Shown here one piece after another: positions 60,946 through 64,000 of a stretch of 64,000 bases of DNA. A program made the translations under genes and the position numbers. The stretch is from the human T2T-CHM13v2.0 reference genome, Homo sapiens. Every line of letters begins with the position of its first letter. Positions within the stretch are counted from its first letter, which is position 1. The stretch lies in the NCBI RefSeq assembly GCF_009914755.1, contig NC_060929.1; one strand, given 5' to 3'. Under the pieces are notes generated by a model. It searched no databases, had not been told where the DNA came from, and worked only from the letters and a program-made list of their open reading frames with translations.

Positions 60946-61160
60946 CAGTGGTTGGCAAACTTTCTATAAAAAGGTAGATAAAATATTTACTAATATTTTA
61001 GGCTTGTGGGCCAGAGACTCTTTTTGCAACTACTCAACTCTTCCACTGTAGAATAGAGACAATATGTAAAGAAATGAGTGTGGCTGTGTTCCAGTAAAAC
61101 TTTATTTACAAAAACAAGTCACAGGCTGATTTTGGTGGACTGCAGCACACCAATCCCTAC
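60946..61160. mobile_element. MER58A-like element
   Basis: cagtggttggcaaactttcta...gtgttccagtaaaactttatttacaaaaac. Confidence 0.75.
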
Positions 61161-61261
61161 ACTAGCTACCTTATCCTTATAATCTCTTTATTTTTGCTCC
61201 TCTACTTAATTTGCTTTATTACTTGTATTCTTTGTAACACCCATCAAAAATGCCATTTCTA

Positions 61262-61534
61262 GGCTGGTAGTGGTAGCTCACATCTGTAATCCCAGCATTT
61301 TGGGAGGCCAAGGTAGGAGAATCGCTTAAGGCCAGGAGTTTGAGACCATCCTGGGCAACACGGCGAGACTCCATCTCCACAAAAAATAATAATAATTTTA
61401 AAAAGCCAGGTGTGGTGGTGCACACCTGTAGTGAGACTAAGGCAGGAGGATCACTTAAGCTCGAGTTCAAAATTGCAGTGAGCCAGCGGCCTGGGCAAAT
61501 GGAGACCCTGTCTCTAGAAGAAAAAAAAAAAAAA
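61262..61534 (+). mobile_element. Alu (J-like) with internal deletions
   Basis: TSD gccatttc. Confidence 0.85.
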
Positions 61535-61780
61535 GCCATTTCCTATCACCCTATATCATTTTCATGTTTTACTTAAAGGCTACTGTATTTAGCAAAGCTG
61601 TATTTTCTATCTGGATATCTTCCTGATTCCCCTTGTTTGAAATAACAACCCAGAAGAGGTTATCAAGCAAAATATTTCACATAACCAGAAACTTAAAGAC
61701 ATTTAGAAAATGACTGAAACTTTTTAAGATTAGAGGGTTGAAAGAAGGACTATTTGAATAAACGGTAACTTTCAATTTAC

Positions 61781-61935
61781 CTGGCTCCAAGTTGAGGCAT
61801 CTTTGGTCCTATATTGAATGTTATATTTTAGTATTATAACACTCTTAATACTTGGGTTGGTCCATGTCAATTTTAAGATACTAGACAGTTCCTCTGAGTT
61901 GATCACTGATAAATTATGTGGCGGATTGGGCTTCA
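61781..61935 (-). CDS. IL6ST: IL6ST exon 7, 155 bp
   Basis: tttttcag|TG AAG CCC AAT...AGC CAG|gtaaat; (V)KPNPPHNLSVINSEELSSILKLTWTNPSIKSVIILKYNIQYRTKDASTWSQ. Confidence 0.97.
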
Positions 61936-62392
61936 CTGAAAAATAAAATAAATCCTAAGGTTTATTATGTTTTCCAATTTCATATACAAACTCAAATATA
62001 CTCTTTATATTGTCCTTCCTTTATTTTACAATAATTTATCCTTACCAAATGAACTAATTTCTCTGAAAATTATGCTATGCTATATACCTTATAATGGAAA
62101 AAAAAAGATTTCTAAAGAATCTTCAGTTCTCCTTGTTAATTTACATTTGTTAATCTCTTCAGGTTCATATGTCAAAAGACAAATATTTATGATATCAAAT
62201 TTTTAAAAAAGAATAAAAATGGAACATACATACTGTAATTACAATGGTGTAAGATGTTTGAGAACAGAAAACATTCAAAGTGAAAACAGCTGTTAAGTGT
62301 GGTTGGATTATGGATATTTTTCTTTTTCCAAATTCTATTTGATATTATTGATAAAATGACTTCATAAAAATCACTAAGATAAATGCTTGTTT

Positions 62393-62524
62393 CTACATTA
62401 ATTAAAATCTAAAATCTACATTAATTAAAATCTAAAAAAGTAAAATCTAAAAACTACATTAATTAAAATCTAAAAATCTACATTAAAATCTTAAAAAATC
62501 TAAATATAAAAACTACTTTAATTT
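62393..62524. repeat. Imperfect AT-rich tandem repeat (ctacattaattaaaatctaaaa)n
   Basis: About 4-5 imperfect copies. Confidence 0.85.
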
Positions 62525-62574
62525 GTAAACGACTACAGTGTCAAATAAACTCTCAAATTCAGGTTTATAACTAC

Positions 62575-62741
62575 CTTTATATACAGGATCAAAATTGATA
62601 TGATCTGATGTAACCTTCCCAAGGGCATTCTCTGCTTCTACCCAGACTTCAATGTTGACAAAATACACAGTAGAATAATCAACAGTGCATGAGGTGGGGG
62701 TGTCACGTTTTGCTTTGCAATCAGCAAACTTGTGTGTTGCC
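62575..62741 (-). CDS. IL6ST: IL6ST (gp130) exon 6, D2 domain, 167 bp (absent from the ORF track)
   Basis: Minus strand tatttag|G GCA ACA CAC...TAT AAA G|gtagtt; (W)ATHKFADCKAKRDTPTSCTVDYSTVYFVNIEVWVEAENALGKVTSDHINFDPVYK(V). Confidence 0.97.
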
Positions 62742-63319
62742 CTAAATACAAAAAATTGAAGAATCAGTCATTAAAAACACATCTGAAAAAATTAGAGTGA
62801 AAAAAATTACTTGCAAAGAGTTTGATGAGACCTAGATTGTTGTAGCAAACTTTGCAATATAACTGCTGGTCACTAACAAAATTTCTTAAAAATAAACCTT
62901 TCTTTAAAATTAACTTTGATCTATATCTTAAAACATAAAATTATTTTCAAATTTGTAGTCTAAAAATATTGTGCTTTAAAATTTTATGCTCCATCCCCAC
63001 TTACTCCTCTCCAAAAATTATCTATTTCCTTGTGATCCCAGTGCTGTTTTTTCTTTTTCCTAAAACAGAACCCTTACTGTACCACAAATTTCTTTAAGCA
63101 CAATATGCTAGAAGGTGACAGGAGGTTAGGGGTAAGAATTTCTATTACCCCTTAGCCTTTAGTCTTAGGGCTAAAATCTCTTAGCCTCTTTCTAGTCAAA
63201 CTTAGGCAACTACTTTCTGATTTCTATCACCATGGAAAGTTTCAAGTAATATTACTATATTTATTTACAATTATATAAATTATGCCTCAATTAAAAATAT
63301 TCATATACAACACTGTTTT

Positions 63320-64000
63320 TAAAAATAGGATAAACCAAACCCCAAATTGAACCAAAACAAAAATGGTTAGCCTCTAAGGAGAAGGAAATAAGGTAGAGGA
63401 TTCAGGAATAGAATATAGACTTTTCTGAACAAGCCTTAATACTATTAATAGATTTGACTTTTTGGATTGTTTTATATAATTATTAAGAAAAATTCCTAAA
63501 AATTAAAAGCAAAATGAAACATATGAACTTGTGTACTGAGTATGTAGTATAACCACATAGAAAAGAACTATTCCAAGTAACATTAAAACACAGTAATCTG
63601 ACTATTACACATCCTTCACAGAGAAAAACAATCTTAAAATCATTCTTGGTAATCATTTTGTTGGTGCTAATACTGTTGTTATTATTCTGCAGCTGCTGTA
63701 TTAACCGTAGGATAAAGCAAATGAATAATTATGTTAGTGTTGTTGTCAACTATGTTTTTCAGTTCATAAGAAAGAAGATGTAGACGTCAGGTAAATATAA
63801 TTATGTAAAAACCTATAGCCCTAATTTTAAACTGAAAATATCAGTATGAATTTGTATTTTTAAAAGATAGTATTATATCTCAAACCACAAAACATGTCCT
63901 AGCTCTTTCGACTGAAAAAATCTAAAAAATCTAAAAACTATGACAAACCAGTAGTGATGAATTCCTGTAGCACCCAGATTGTAGTCTGTAAATATTATTT
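63320..64000 (+). mobile_element. Old L1 (L1MC/L1MD-like) 3' fragment
   Basis: tataaccacatagaaaagaactattccaag...aaaccagtagtgatgaattcctgtagcacccagattgtagtct. Confidence 0.55.

Overview
Human (or very closely related primate) genomic DNA from the IL31RA-IL6ST cytokine-receptor cluster (chr5q11.2 by established knowledge). The + strand carries the last 7 coding exons of IL31RA (FNIII domains, TM, box1, cytoplasmic tail; 4520-15524) and an alternative terminal exon at 20805. The - strand carries IL6ST/gp130 coding exons 6-17 (62741-39509) and a ~6 kb 3'UTR. The two genes converge across ~12 kb of repeat-rich DNA. All exon boundaries were placed by eye from GT/AG signals and reading frame; exon numbers, isoform names and repeat subfamilies come from memory. 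The rest is about 35 Alu/FLAM copies, two THE1-type solo LTRs, MLT1, MER5A/MER20/MER58, old L1/L2/MIR fragments, and an RPL41 retrocopy with an intact ORF. I see no evidence of a wholly new biological system. The most interesting structure is the set of truncated or soluble decoy receptor isoforms encoded by both genes (exon skipping, an 85-nt cryptic exon, donor read-through stops, an internal donor), together with sequence elements that could tune them: a T26 acceptor tract, inverted Alus, and a 3'UTR rearrangement that matches an intronic segment in inverted orientation and carries an AATAAA at its junction.
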